Source of the DNA: Negaprion brevirostris
Lineage: Eukaryota
Direction of reading: 5' to 3'
Length of the DNA: 64,000 nucleotides
Assembly: GCA_030324005.1 (NCBI GenBank)
Contig: JARDVH010000163.1
Location: 18,977,741-19,041,740 of the forward strand
The notes beneath the pieces were generated by a model that was not told the origin of the DNA, ran no database searches, and saw only the letters and a list, made by a program, of their open reading frames with translations. Position numbers and translations under genes: made by a program. Below, one piece after another: positions 1 to 12,748 of the stretch. Position 1 is the stretch's first letter; each line of letters opens with the position of its first letter.

Positions 1-73
1 AAGCTGGTCGGCGCAACATCGTGGGCCGAAGGGCCTGTTCTGCGCTGTAATGTTCTATGTTCTATGTTCTATG
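1..73 (+). mobile_element. 3' tail of a young CR1-type LINE
   Basis: tcggcgcaacatcgtgggccgaagggcctgttctgcgctgtaatg followed by (ttctatg)n; identical tail at 13366 and near-identical tail near 55300. Confidence 0.75.
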
Positions 74-993
74 ATCATGATATAGGATTCATTTCTACAA
101 ATAGATTTACCTGTCTCTAACTTGCTTTCAGAAATTCTTACCTCTACTTTGCCAGATTGCTATTCACCCTTTGTACATCAGTCTCTGCAGCTTCTCAATT
201 CCAGATGCACTGTAAATCTCCTGTCTTGCTGCATCCCCAGTGAGATGGAATCTGGATTCATCCAATTGTATCTTACCCAAAATCATATTTTACACAATCT
301 GACAACTGTTAAACTCTGTAACTTCTTCAATCCTCTCTTCCTTCACAAATCAAAGCATCTTGGAATCAAAACTTGGTGGCGCCGTAACTTCCTAAAGGGA
401 TTCCCCGAAGCCAGTAACATTTCTTTTTCATTGAAATAATGATTTCTAATTTGCTGTATCAGGACTCTGCAGTGTCTTACTTTAAATCGTTAATTGCAAA
501 CTAAAAAAAAAACCCTCATTGTCATTCAATATGCATTAAAGATTCTGACCCTGATGATTTGTCAGGCATTGATAAAACAAACCCTTTCCTAACATTCAGG
601 CGTTTGTTAAACCTTGGATTACTGACCTCGAAGAATGATTGGAGTGATTGAATTTAACCAACAGAGTGTAAACACAATAAACGACCTAATCTAAACTCCC
701 ATTGTTTCAAGCCCTTTTGGCAGCGCTAGCAGCAGTTCACTTGTGATAACATCCTTTACTTATGAAGTTACAGAAGTTCTTTCTTGCATGCTGGAGTGTC
801 TCTAAAATGCTGAATGCAGCTCTCAAACTCAGAGCTGGCTGCGGTTGGATAGTCTAAATATGTTGTTAGTCAGGAATAAAATGCCCAAATCATAGGAGTA
901 TTCTTTTTAAATAACAAGGGAAATTTATATTTTCTTGTGAATTTGGAAAAGCAACAGTAAATGTTGGAAAAGCCAGTGGGTCTGGTAGCATCT

Positions 994-1333
994 GGGCGGC
1001 ATGGCAGCATAGTGGTTAGCACTGCTGCCTCAGAGCTCCAGGGACCTGGGTTCGATTCCCAGCTTGGGTCAACTGCCTGCGTGCAGTCTGCACCTTCTCC
1101 CCTTGTCTGTGTAGGTTTCCTCCAGGTGCTCTGGTTTACTCCCACGCTCCAAGGATGTGCGGATTAGGTTGATCAACCATGCTAAATTGTACCTTAGTGT
1201 ATCAGGCTGTGTGGGTTAGAGGGATTAGCAGGGTAAATAAGTGAGGTTATGGGAAAAAGGCCTGGGTGGGATTGTTGCCAGTGCAGACTTGATGGGCTGA
1301 ATGGCCTCCTTCTACGCTGTAGGGATTCTATGA
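994..1333 (+). mobile_element. HE1-like tRNA-derived V-SINE with CR1-type tail (type A)
   Basis: Head gggcggcatggcagcatagtggttagcactgctgcctc, B box ggttcgattccc, V-domain ggtttcctcc.ggtgctc.ggttt, tail gatgggctgaatggcctccttct..gattctatga. Confidence 0.85.
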
Positions 1334-2088
1334 TCAGTAGAGAGAGAAACAAAATCAACATTTCAGGTCTGTGAACTCTCATCAAAACAAGAAAAAATTA
1401 GGATGTAACAGATTTTAAGCAAGTACAGAGAAAGGGAAAGCAGACAAGGATGTGGGGTGGTGTGAGAACAAAAGGAAAGGTCTGTTTCAAATAGAAAGCA
1501 GGAGAAATTAAATAACAAAGGCAAAATAAAATGAAAATGGGGCAAGAAACACAAGGTGGGTCTGGAGGAACTGTATAGAGTCAATACTAACATCTTCTGA
1601 CTGAAAAACTGACGAGATGGGATGCATTATAATCTGAAATTGTTGAACCTAATACAAAAGCAAACTACTGCAGATGCTGGACATCTGAAATGAAAACAGA
1701 AAATTTGGTAATGCTTGGCAGAACTGGCAGTATCTGAGAAACGAGAAACAGAATGAATGCCTGTTATTTATTCTGATGGAGTGTCACAACCCAAACAGCA
1801 GACAGGATTTTCCACGTTTCCTCCCCGTCCAACCGCCCGCTCTGCTCTGCCCCNNNNNNNNNNNNNNNNNNNNNNNNNNNNNNNNNNNNNNNNNNNNNNN
1901 NNNNNNNNNNNNNNNNNNNNNNNNNNNNNNNNNNNNNNNNNNNNNNNNNNNNNNNNNNNNNNNNNNNNNNNNNNNNNNNNNNNNNNNNNNNNNNNNNNNN
2001 NNNNNNNNNNNNNNNNNNNNNNNNNNNNNNNNNNNNNNNNNNNNNNNNNNNNNNNNNNNNNNNNNNNNNNNNNNNNNNNNNNNNNNNN

Positions 2089-2318
2089 TAATCCCTCTAA
2101 CATACATATCTCAGGACACCAAGGGGCAACTTAGCATGGCCAATCCACCTAACCTGCTCATCTTTGGACTGTGGGAGGAAACCAGAGCACCCAGAAGAAA
2201 CCCGAGCAGACACAGGGAGAACATGGCAGACTCCGCACAGGCAGTGACCCAATCCGGGAATCAAACTCAGATCCCTGGAGCTGTGAGGCAGTAGTCCTAA
2301 CCACTGTGCCACTGTGCC
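2089..2318 (-). mobile_element. HE1-like SINE (type A), partial, next to a gap
   Basis: Reverse-complement head and V-domain (ctgtgaggcagtagtcctaaccactgtgccac; tgtgggaggaaaccagagcacc). Confidence 0.8.
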
Positions 2319-3832
2319 ATACCAGCATTTTCTGTTTTTATTGTTGTTAACCTTAATGTTGATCCCAGAAGGCTGTAGAAGTGCCTATTTGAAAGATGAG
2401 GTGCTGCTCCTCAAGGTTGCATCAAACTTTTTTGGAACAGTGTAGGAGGTAGAGGACAAAATGTTAGAGGGGGAAAAGTGAAGAATTAAAATTACAGCTG
2501 ACCGGAAACTTGGATTCACACTTGGAGAGCATCAAGGGTTCCTGCAAAGCAATCTCCAATGTAGAGCAGACAACAATGCAGGCATTATGCTAAATTGAAG
2601 AAGTACAAATAAATTACTGTTTCACTTGGAAGGATTGCTTTTGGCCTTGACTGGTGAAAAGTGAGGAAATAAAATGGCAGGTGTTGCATCTGTCACACTT
2701 CTCATGGGGAAGTGGTATGGTGTTATGTAGCAGCATACAATATTGTCAAGAGATTTCAATCTTTATTGGGAACAAAAGGTATTTGATGATCAGTGAAATT
2801 AGGTACAGGAAGTGCAGGTCTGGAGTTGTGCTTCAGTCTTTATAATTCTAACTGCGTGGCTGCTAGGTGATTATGAAGTGAGGAAAGGGAGAATCTTAAT
2901 GTGGTTCTGGAAGTAGAAAAAGCAGTGAGATCAGAAGAGCAGGAAATGGAACAGACATGGGCAAAGGCCCTGAAACCAAGGCATGGTGGGAACAATTCTC
3001 TGGTTGAGGAAAATGGAAGATGTATTAGAAGAACTGGTATGAAAATTGGAATCATCAGTGTTAGAACGTGACCAGTGAGAACAAGATGTCAGGGTCAACT
3101 GACCCAGTAAACCATGGAACCAATTACAGAGGGATGTAATAGTCAATTGACAACTGATTCACTATAAATAAGGAACTATGTAGAAATGTGGGGAGCTTGG
3201 ATTGGCCTAGGGTGAGGCCCAAGCTTGGAGTGATAATGTTTCTTTAATAAACCCTTTCTTTGATTTATAAGTTGAAGTAAGTTTTGTTGTATTTTCATTA
3301 GGTGCATTTTGAAGAGTTCCTTCTGAAGAAACAATCAGAATAGATGTGATGGATATGGAGAAACTGAAATAATGTTCGCTGCGTGACAGGGGAGGAGTGC
3401 AGATTGCTAGCCAAAGATGAACATGGAGGTGAAAGCAATGGAAAAAGAGCTCAGCGCCATACCAAGCTTGAAATTCATTGAATGTGGGGTGTAAAGGAAT
3501 GAAGCTGAAGCCTTTGTGGAAGACTGATTGTTCGAGATCAGAGATGGAAAGGATAAAGGGGGTAATGAAAAAACAGGAAAAGGTAAGATTGGAAAGTGGA
3601 ATGGGGTCAGAAGAAAGTGAAGAGATATAAGAACCTGAAGGGGCATTGGTATGTTGAAGCTTGCCATCCATGACACCCAAGATATAAACTAAAAGCATTG
3701 TTTTAAAGCTCCGAGTAATGAAATAGGATTGCGGACCAGGATAGCTTGACGATAAAGTGATGTGATGTTGATGAATAGAGAGTGTGAGATTGTACATGTG
3801 GTATCTTCCAGGTAAAACAGCTATTTATGGAA

Positions 3833-4155
3833 TCATAGAATCACTAGAGTGCATAAGGAAGCCATACAGCCCATCAAATCTGCTTCAACACTTGACAGAC
3901 AATCCCACCCAGGCCCTGTAACCCACATGTCTACCCCGCTCATCTCCTTAACCTACAAGTCTTTGGACACTAGCCAATCCACCTAACCTGCACATTTTTG
4001 ACTGTGGGAAGAAACTGAAGCACCCAAATGAAACCCATGCAGAAATGAGGAGGACATGCTAACTTCACAATGACAATCACCCAGGGCTGGACTTGAACCC
4101 GGGTGCCTGGCGCTGTGAGGCAGCAGTGTGAACCACTATGCTACCATTAGCACCC
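3833..4155 (-). mobile_element. HE1-like SINE (type A)
   Basis: tcatagaatc tail at the left; ctgtgaggcagcagtgtgaaccactatgctacc head at the right. Confidence 0.82.
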
Positions 4156-4252
4156 TGGAAGCCTGTTCACGATTGGAGAGATGGAAGCGCAGATTGGATG
4201 ACTACCATTAAATTTGCAAGTATGACCCTAGTAGAACTCTAGTTCCTTGACT

Positions 4253-4900
4253 GGCTGGGATTTTAACAGCGATCTGTTGATGGGCTGGGAGCTGGTAAGG
4301 TTGGTAAAATGGCAGAGGGAGGCTTTGGGAGGGAAATAGGTTATCTTCCCTTCTCCAGGGTATTTTGAGGAGTGGGAACAGCTCCACCTTGGAAGGTATG
4401 CAGCCAATTAATCCAAAGAATTGGCCCATTTACAGCTATTTTATGCCCTCAATGACATATTACCAGATTCTCAATGGTGAGACTACCAGGTAGATTGAGG
4501 TGGCCACCCAGTGGCTTCTTGCAGATGGGCCTTCTTTCTTGGAGTCTCCATGTCCCAGAGGGGCCCCTCCCATTTGAATCAACAACCCTTGTGGCTTCAT
4601 TACTGCCATTGGATGGTTCACTCCTCAGATTGCTGGGGCCTGCCTGCCTGGCCCTGACATATTTAAAAAGTTACTTACCCTTCACATTGCCTCAACATGT
4701 TGGTGCCCTCTTCTTCTCCCTGCAACCTGAGCAAGGGCCACATTCATCAGTGGTGCTAGCAAGGCTGCCAAGCTTGGAGAGGCACATAGTTTGGCATCCT
4801 GGGCTGTGGCCTCTTTATTGGTCGCTCCCAATAAAACCTCCTGCATAGCTCAGGCGTTCACCTGCAATGGGACCCATAACATCAAGTAAAATTGTGGCCA
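4253..4900. mobile_element. Possible non-autonomous DNA transposon (MITE-like), decayed
   Basis: A GC-enriched block bounded by imperfect inverted ends ggctgggatttta / gtaaaattgtggcc. Confidence 0.3.
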
Positions 4901-5268
4901 GTTTTTCTCAGTTGCCATCTCCATTTAATGCTTTTAAGTTGTCATTGGTGAATCATCCAATATTTCGTTCTCAAACTTAGGACTGAATTGGTCTAGTATG
5001 ATGAGTTAGATGTTGGTGTCTATGTTGAGTATATTGTTTGCTATGGTTTGTCATGAAATGTATGGGCTTGAGCTGCCACCCCAATGTACATAGAGACATA
5101 CATAAAATATAGAAGCAAGAGTAGGCCATTCAGCCCTTTGAGCCTGCCCTGTTCATTTTGATCATCAAATTCAATACTCTGATTCCTCAGGATGAAAGTG
5201 AAGATGTCAGGATGAGGATGTCCCCTCAATAATAATAATTTGTATTTATATAGTACCTTTACAGTACA

Positions 5269-5560
5269 GTGTCGGTGTGTGTGCTTGATCCTGGACCGGT
5301 AGATGGGCGCCGCAACAGCTCAGTGACTAGCACTGTTAGCTGTGCAGATACATGGATTTGGGCCTGTGTCTGTGGGAGTTTNNNNNNNNNNNNNNNNNNN
5401 NNNNNNNNNNNNNNNNNNNNNNNNNNNNNNNNNNNNNNNNNNNNNNNNNNNNNNNNNNNNNNNNNNNNNNNNNNNNNNNNNGGAGGAGGGGGCGGTGCAG
5501 GCTCGTTGGGCCGAAGGGCCTGTGTCCCATGCTGGGTTGTTCTTTGTTCTTTGTTCTTTG
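5269..5560 (+). mobile_element. Young retroposon insertion with CR1-type tail, mostly in a gap
   Basis: CpG-intact ends flank a 100-N gap. The 3' end is ggtgcaggctcgttgggccgaagggcctg...(ttctttg)n. Confidence 0.6.
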
Positions 5561-5639
5561 TTTATCATATCCCAACATTCTTGATGGAAATATTATCAGA
5601 GTTTGACATTGAATCACCAAGGGCAATATTAGAACAGTT

Positions 5640-6140
5640 GGCCAAAAACATGATCAAAGAGCAAGGTTTTAAGGAGTCTCTTGAAAGAGGAAAATGAGTT
5701 TGAGAGACAGAGAGGTTTAGCAAGGAGATTGCAGCGTTTAGTCTCTTGGCAGCTGAAATAATTGAGTAATTGAAATCAGGGATCTTGGTGGCCAAAATTG
5801 GAGGAGAGCAGATATCTCAGAGGAATAGATGAAATGGGTAAGGAGGTCAAAACCATGGAGACATGTAAAACAAAGATGCAAATTTTAAAACCAAGGCTGT
5901 GTTTGATTGGGATTCAAAGTAGGTCCTCAGCGCAGGGATGATGGGTAAATGTTATTGAAAGCAGGACTTTGGATGGCCTCAGGAATATGGAGGGTAGAAC
6001 ACGGGAGTGTGTTGGAATGGTCATGTCTAATGATAAGAAAAGTTGATGAACTGAGATGGGGCAGAGTCATTTGATGTTACAGAGATGGAAAAAGGCAGTC
6101 TTAGTGATGGCACTGATATGCGATCAGAAGCTTGTCTCAT
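5640..6140 (-). mobile_element. L2-type LINE 3' fragment, decayed
   Basis: Purine-rich plus strand (ttttaaggagtctcttgaaagagg...agaggtttag...ttggcagctgaa), typical of the reverse complement of the end of L2 ORF2. Confidence 0.55.
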
Positions 6141-7114
6141 GGAAGTCCCATAGGAAGAGAAGAGAAAGCAATTTCATGAGGTTTTTGTAATAGAATATCT
6201 TCCCTTCAAGAATAAATGCCAATATAGGCACAGCAACAACCATACTGCCATTTGAATCTGTTCTGCTTTTGTGTTAAATCATGGTTGATCTTCATTTACC
6301 GGCCTTTGCCTCATATCTCTTTTACCTTCATCAAACCAAAACTTTGGCCTTGAAAATCTCAGTTGACAGAAGGCATAGTCTTCTCATGTTCCCATCTTCC
6401 TATTTTTGCACTTCTGACACACAACAATAAAATTCAAATCAAGTATAGAAAGAAGCAATTGCAGGATAAAATACCCTTCTGTCTGACCAAACTGTCCACT
6501 TCAATTCCAAAGTAGAAAGTTATTTTACTGTACTAGTACAGTCACCCTATTTCTTTGAAAGTAGGACTAATACGGAAAATGGAAATGCTCTGCTGGCCGG
6601 GTAGGTGCACTTTTGAAGTGGGATTAACGTACTTTACTAAGACATGGTTGAGGGAGCTTTATCTTGCATACAATCCGGTCAGTATCTAAAATGGAAAATG
6701 CTTGCTCGGGCGAGAATGGGCAAAGTGCACTTAACCTACTAGAGGCGTGACATGGAAATACTCAATGCTTACAGTCATAGCAAAAAGTTCCATTCCTTAA
6801 GTGTGAATTTTCTCTTGAATACTGGAATGGGAGTCCTTATTACAGAATCAAAAAGAATGGCAAAAGCTTGGATAAAAAATTTTGGATGATGGCTGGGTGA
6901 GATAAGGGCAGAGGCAAATGATGTGGTTATAGTGAGTAGTCATACTGATGACCGGGACATGGGTTTGTATCTCAACTTTCAAGCAGTGTGGCAAAGATTT
7001 ATCAGAAAAATAAGTTGTTGAAGTGTCTGCCTCCATACCACTTAAGCAGCTTCCTTGTGTTTTGACTGAGAACGATGAGAAACTATCATTGCTGAGCATC
7101 TCTCCAATGTAGTG

Positions 7115-7460
7115 GCAGCTTTCATAAGATAAAGTGGAAAACCTTTTGAAGTGAAATCATTGTTGTTATGTAGGCAAATACTGCAATCAATTTGCACACT
7201 ATAAGGTCCCACAGACTGCACTGAGTTAGATTATAGTTAATTTTTTGTTTTGGATGTGTCAATTGTGAGCTAAGTGTTGGCTGTCACACCAGAATTTGTC
7301 TGCACGTCTTTAAATAATGTCAGAGTTCTTTCACGTTCATCTGCATAAGTAGGTGGTGTTTTGGTTTAATGTTTTTTCTGAAAAATGGCATCCCTGTCAA
7401 TGTGACAGTCTCTCAGTGAAGGGTCAGCCTAGATTATATGCTTGAGTTCCTCGAGGAAGG
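7115..7460 (-). mobile_element. Deu-domain SINE (SacSINE1/AmnSINE1-like), decayed
   Basis: Reverse-complement Deu-domain motifs: cttttgaagtg, tgttatgtagg, caatttgcacac, ggtttaatgtt...tgaaaaatggca, cagcctagattat.tgct. Confidence 0.65.
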
Positions 7461-7958
7461 AGGTGGGGTGGGCTGAAGCTTTTCATTCCGATGGCAGTAT
7501 TTTGCCTGATTTTGCAATAAGGGCTTTTGCCTGCAAAGCTCTTACACACTTGACATTGAAAAGAAAAATCTGGACCCTTTGTTATGGATACCTCCTTATC
7601 TTGTGATCATAAAGTGCACCAAAGAGTAGATGTTTATAAAAATTGCATAAAGGTGAGAAGTCCACAGGTAATACCAGCATGACAGTACAATGTTTTGAAA
7701 TTCCTACAAGCTGTGTCATAGACCTCAGTTACCTGCATACAGAGTTTCAAGCCTTAGTTGTTTTGTCAAAAAAGAGGTGGTAAGTGTAAGCTAGGCATTT
7801 TCCCACAGATGGAACGATATCGAGGCAGACACCTGTTCCTTCCTCCTGAGTCACTTTCACACACTGTTGGCTGCTAACAAAAACTTGAGTGGAAGAAAAG
7901 GAGAGAAAAAATGAATAAAGTATTTTATAAAGTTATGGGAAATAGTGTGTAGACATTC

Positions 7959-8330
7959 ATTAGATTTGATTTATTATTGTCACATGAATTAGCATACAGT
8001 GAAAAGTATTGTTTCTTGTCTGCGCGCTATATAGACAAAGCATGCTGTTCATAGAGAAGGAAGGAGAGAGTGCAGATTGTAGTGTTACAGTCGTAGCTAG
8101 GGTATAGAAAAAGATCAGCTTGATGCAAGGTTGGTCCATTCAAAAGTTTGATGGCAGCAGGGAAGAAACTGTTCTTTAGTTAGTTATTACATGACATCAG
8201 GCTTTTATATCTTTTTCCCAACGGAAGAAGGTGGAAGGGGTGCATGGGATCTTTAATTATGTTGGCTGCTTTGCCAAGGCAGCGGGAAGTGTAGGCAGAG
8301 TCAATGGATGGGAGGCTGGTTTGCATGATG
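7959..8330 (-). mobile_element. Rex1/Babar-type LINE 3' fragment
   Basis: The minus strand encodes LLPLGKRYKSL...KNSFFPAAIKLLN and ends gtgacaataataaatcaaatctaa. A second copy is at about 42822. Confidence 0.7.
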
Positions 8331-8679
8331 TGCCTGATGTGTAGTAGTTGTTCAGGGAGTTCTAATTATGGACAGAGGAGAGAAGGAATTTTATTAATCT
8401 GATTTCTCCTGCTGTTTTGATTTCTCTCACATTTTATGTGTTGCAACTTGAAGTTTTTTCTTAAGTGTGAATGTTTATTACAACTACATCATTCATCATT
8501 AATCTATCTCAAAACAATGATACTTTGCTTTTTTTTTGGGTCACCATTTTGTTTCGGGGTAAAAGGAGCACTGATTCCAATTCCTGACAAACTAGGGCAA
8601 TTAAAGTAAGATGCAACACTTGTGTGATGTGGGATGCAGGTCACATAATTGTGTCAGATGAAACAGAGGAAAAAACAAA

Positions 8680-9500
8680 GACCTACTTTTATATGACACC
8701 TTTTATAACCTCAAGAGGTTCCAAAGTATTTTACAGCCAATGAAGCACTTCTGATTTTGTTTTATTCATTCATGTTATGTGGGCATTACTGGCTAAGCTC
8801 TACATTTATTGCCCATCCCTAATTGCCCTTGTCCAGAGGGCATTTAAGAATCAACCACATTTCTGTGAGTCTGGATTCACANNNNNNNNNNNNNNNNNNN
8901 NNNNNNNNNNNNNNNNNNNNNNNNNNNNNNNNNNNNNNNNNNNNNNNNNNNNNNNNNNNNNNNNNNNNNNNNNNNNNNNNNAGAGGGCATTTAAGAATCA
9001 ACCACATTTCTGTGAGTCTGGATTCACATATCGGCCAGACCAGGTAAGGGTAGCAGATTTCCTTTCCTAAAGGACATTAGTGAATGAGATGGGATTTTAC
9101 AACAGTTAACAATGGTTTCCTGGTCATTGGACTTTTTTTTAAATTCCAGATTTTTATTGAATTCAATTTTCACCATCTGTCACGATGGGATTCTAACCAG
9201 GTCCCCAGAGCATTACCCTGGGACTCTAGAATACTTGTCCAGTAATATTAACACTATGCCACCATCTCCCACCCCACTCAACCACCATGTAGAGGCAATG
9301 TAATATAGGAAATGTGCCAACCTCTTTGCATTCAGCAAAGACCCTCAAACAGCAACATGATACTGACTAGATAATCTATTTTAGTGATATTGGTCAGGAT
9401 ACCTGGGAAAACTCCTCCGATCTTCACAATAGTGCCATGAGATCTTTTATGTCCACATGAAAGGGCAGATAAAGATTCCGTTTAACATCTCCATCTGAAA
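8680..9500 (-). mobile_element. Deu-domain SINE split by insertion of a type C SINE
   Basis: Tail tttatatgacacctttt...ccaaagtattttacagccaatgaagcactt (8685-8750); body atagtgccatgagatcttttatgtccac...tttaacatctc (9430-9495). Confidence 0.65.
8762..9268 (-). mobile_element. tRNA-derived SINE type C
   Basis: Shares attcattcatg..atgtgggc...catttattgcccatccctaattgccctt and ccagaccaggtaagg..gcagatttcct.ccctaaaggacattagtgaa with copies at 14271, 40996 and 59316. Confidence 0.75.
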
Positions 9501-10480
9501 AAACTGAAGCAGGGAGACACATTCTGTTAATTGTTTTCCTGTAAAGCTGTTAGCATGTGGAAGACAATGCCTGGGTCACGTCAGTGCCTGTATATCACAT
9601 TTTTCCTCTAAAGGAATGATGTGTTAATGCACTCAAGATCAGTTTGCTGTTGAGACATGTTAACTTGTCCTGAAAGATAAAGAAATACAATCAAAAAGCC
9701 AACCAATCAGACTGAATTTTATTATTTATGCCATTAGTTTATGTAATGTAATATTTGACAAACAAGAAAAAGTTGCATTTTTAGTTCTCCCTTCCTTGGT
9801 AGAAACCAAGTGGGCAGGCAGTTAATATAGCCTGTGCAACATCTCTCTGCCTGCTGTTGCTTTCCTGTGGGTCCCAGTACTAACCCACTCTAATTTGCAC
9901 ACTAAAGGGATCGTGCCTGAAGGCAGACTCTATGCAGAGCGGACTTCAATGTCATTAGGGTCTGATTGCAATATTAACACTAGATCTACACAAAGAGTGG
10001 CTTCTCTGCCACTCCAATGCTACTGGCATCAGGAGCTATGACCAAAAGAGGTGTGGATATGTTAGAATTTTATTTTTTTTAAACTGCCCTTGTTGTCAAG
10101 GAGCAGCAGGAATGCTTCCCTATACCCATAAGGATATGATTGATCAGCCCCCCAAACAGTCTTTTCTCTCTCTCTCTCCCTTTCTCTCCCTCACCTGAAT
10201 TTGCCCAAAATGGGAGTCAGCCATCAGATCCCAAGTGGTAGTCTCCACCCGTCCAAAATTCTGCTCCCACATGGTGGCTCTGCAGTGGCTCTTGACCAAC
10301 ATCAGATAAAATTGCTACTGAAAATTATGGGAATGAATGTAGACATCAATGATTAAATATTGTGTGAAGACCTGTTCTTATATGAAATATTGTAGTTTGG
10401 GCTCAATTATGTAAGATTAATATGGTGGAAATTTTTCATTAATTGTGAGAGAATTTAAGGATTTCCTCCTCTTGAGTTGT

Positions 10481-10732
10481 TTAAATTTATTTACTAGTGT
10501 CACAAATAGGCTCACATTAACACTGCAATGAAGTTACTGTGAAAATCTCCTAACTACCACACTTCAGCACCTGTTCAGGGACACTGAGGGAGAATTTAGC
10601 ATGGCCAATGCACCTAACCAACATGTCTTTCAGAGCATGGGAGAAAACTGGAGCATCTGGAACAAACCTATGCAGACTCGGAGAGAATGTGCAGACTCCG
10701 CACACATAGTGACCCACTGTGCCATCATGCCA
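10481..10732 (-). mobile_element. V-SINE with HE1-like head and alternative tail (type B)
   Basis: HE1-like head and V-domain, but the tail is the reverse complement of ttttcacagtaacttcattgcagtgttaatgt...tgtgacactagtaaataa. Confidence 0.78.
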
Positions 10733-10789
10733 CTCATGTTGGAAAGAGTTTATGAAGGTATATGGTTTTAATTAATTAATGAACTCATA

Positions 10790-11110
10790 GTAAAGGTGCT
10801 ACTAGGTAGCAAAGATCATAACATGATTGAATTTCACATTCAATTTGAGGGAAAGAAGGGTGGATCTAAGACGAATATTCTAATCTTAAATAGGGGCAAT
10901 TATGAGGGACCGAAGACAGAGCTAACTAGAATGAACTTGGAAATTAAGTTAAGGGATAGGTCAACAGAGATGCAGTGGCTGATAATGAAGGAGATATTTC
11001 ATGCCACTCACTCAGCTAGTGAGAAAGAAAGAATCGAGAGGAAGAACGCACCATCTGTGGCTAATTAAAGAAATTAAGACAATTACATTCACCAGGGAAA
11101 GGGTACTGTG
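10790..11110 (+). mobile_element. CR1 LINE ORF2 fragment
   Basis: LGSKDHNMIEFHI (SDH-like endonuclease end), LNRGNYE, EMQWL, APSVAN (PW-like) in ORF 10796..11068. Confidence 0.7.
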
Positions 11111-12110
11111 AAGATAAGGGGAGTGAAGTAGTATTGTATTATAGTCAAAATGTTCATGTTCAATTATTTTTGTTGTTAAAAGTTAATTGGCATTTGTATG
11201 ACTCTGTTCCTTCACATTTGCTAAAAAAAAGTTACATCTTTTGAGCCAGGGTTCCATTCTGGAATCTTCCCATCCAGTAGTGACATCAACTGATATTGTA
11301 ACAGGAAGGCAAAAGGAAGGCCACATTTACAGCACTCGCTCTATTTCCTGCACAAATGTGGTATCACAGTCTTTCCAACTCGACCTTTGTTTTGTAGGAT
11401 CTCTCACTTTCCATCAAATTGCTTCAGCCCTTACATTGCATTCACCAGCAGCCATATTCCATCCAAAGCCCCTTGGAATGGTTACCACTGACAAGGCACA
11501 TGTCAACAAATCCTCTCTCATTTGTGTTACAGCAGTCCTGATGGCACAGAATTCCCCGAGAATCCCTCCTCGGAATCATTCAAATAGTTTGTACCGGGAT
11601 CAGGTAGTGTCCGGCAATATTTTAACAGCAGCAACGTGCATGGTCCAATTCACATTCCCACACTCTTCCTGTCTTCAGTGTTTTGTCCTTCCCAATTGTA
11701 GAACATATAGTAAAACAATCTCTGCTCTCTAATCAGAGACTGCTTCACCAGGATCTGACTAAAGTCTGCCAAATAGGAAATTGATGAACTCGGAGCGAGC
11801 CTTGTTTGTTTTCTCTTTGCAGTAGTTTCCAATCTTCTGAACTGTTGAACAGAGAAATGCAGGCTGACACTCAACTCCAATGCAGTTGGCTTTCTATTTA
11901 CCCTTTGCATCTTAGCTGTTTCTCTCCAGGGCAACCCCAAGTCACATGGAACTTTCTTAAAACCAATTGATGTAATAATCTGGAAACCAATTAACTGTCT
12001 TGCAAAATACACTCGAGCACATTTTGTTCTTAAAGGGATATTGCACAAAAGAAAAATACATGCTTTTCCCAGCATATGGGGCATCATATATGGCACAGGC
12101 TTGAGAGTCT
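11110..12110. mobile_element. Possible LTR-retrotransposon remnant (LTR-like end at about 11302 plus gag/protease-like debris on the minus strand)
   Basis: An LTR-like end ...gagccagggttccattctggaatc...tgtaaca. The minus strand has KILPDT (D-T-G-like), GILGEF and a broken Cys/His-knuckle-like stretch. Heavily decayed. Confidence 0.3.
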
Positions 12111-12748
12111 CAATGTTCTTTTCTTACTTCATACTTATTTTCTTTCTACTTTACATGATTTTTATAATGCTGTTCTCACTATTGCCCCTCCAGCCTAAGA
12201 ACATTTGAAATTAAATATATGGTAGTTGTCTAAAGGGTAGAGAATGCAATATGGAAGGCAGACCAGTAGTATTCTGCATCACTTCCAATGTGGCAACAGT
12301 GGTATGTTGGTCTAAATCAGCTGGTGAAAACCATTTAGCCTCATGTGTTATTATTTGTGTGGTTTATTTTGCTTTGAAAATAACCGTGACACAGAATTAG
12401 AGAGCAGTGTGACAACAGAAAATGTTATTTTCAATTGTTGTGTAATGCATTATTCAGTTTATTACTGAACTGTGTCTTTTAATGCAAATATCTATATGCA
12501 AAATATCCTCTTGTGGAATGAATCATGTGAGAGAGTAACACTTGAACATGCTTAGCGTTAAACTGCATTAACATTTTTCTATACTTATTAAATTGTACTC
12601 AATGATATAGATATATTCAAAGCAAGAATTATTTAGCAATCTAATGCTAAATCAGTTAGACCATGCTTTGAGAGTGCTGTGTAAATATTTCTTTCCATAT
12701 TGTTCAAAGGATATAGAAGAAAAGGAGACATTGCAAAATAATAGGAAG

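Larger units (their letters stand above)
950..3810 (-). mobile_element. Decayed Penelope-like element (pseudo-LTR, RT and GIY-YIG remnants), interrupted by SINEs and a gap
   Basis: Minus-strand remnants: LEEQHLIFQIG..LQPSGINI (about 2355-2415), LLYIG (about 2555-2570), TSSIFLNQ (about 3000-3030), SDLEQSVFHKGFSFIPL...ELFF (about 3430-3545). Terminal-repeat motifs gcagatgctgga.atctgaaa..aaaacagaaaat (about 1670-1705) and agagagaaac...tttcaggtc (about 1340-1370). Confidence 0.7.

Noticed and set aside
994-1070. tRNA-like A/B boxes in many places
   Set aside because: They are SINE heads followed by V-domain or other SINE bodies, not cloverleaf tRNA genes.
8835-9028. Near-exact direct repeats on both sides of N gaps (also about 25776/25853, 35405/35538, 45445/45601, 29925/30078)
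   Set aside because: Near-identical sequence on both sides of a scaffold gap is the typical signature of unmerged contig overlaps, not a biological duplication.
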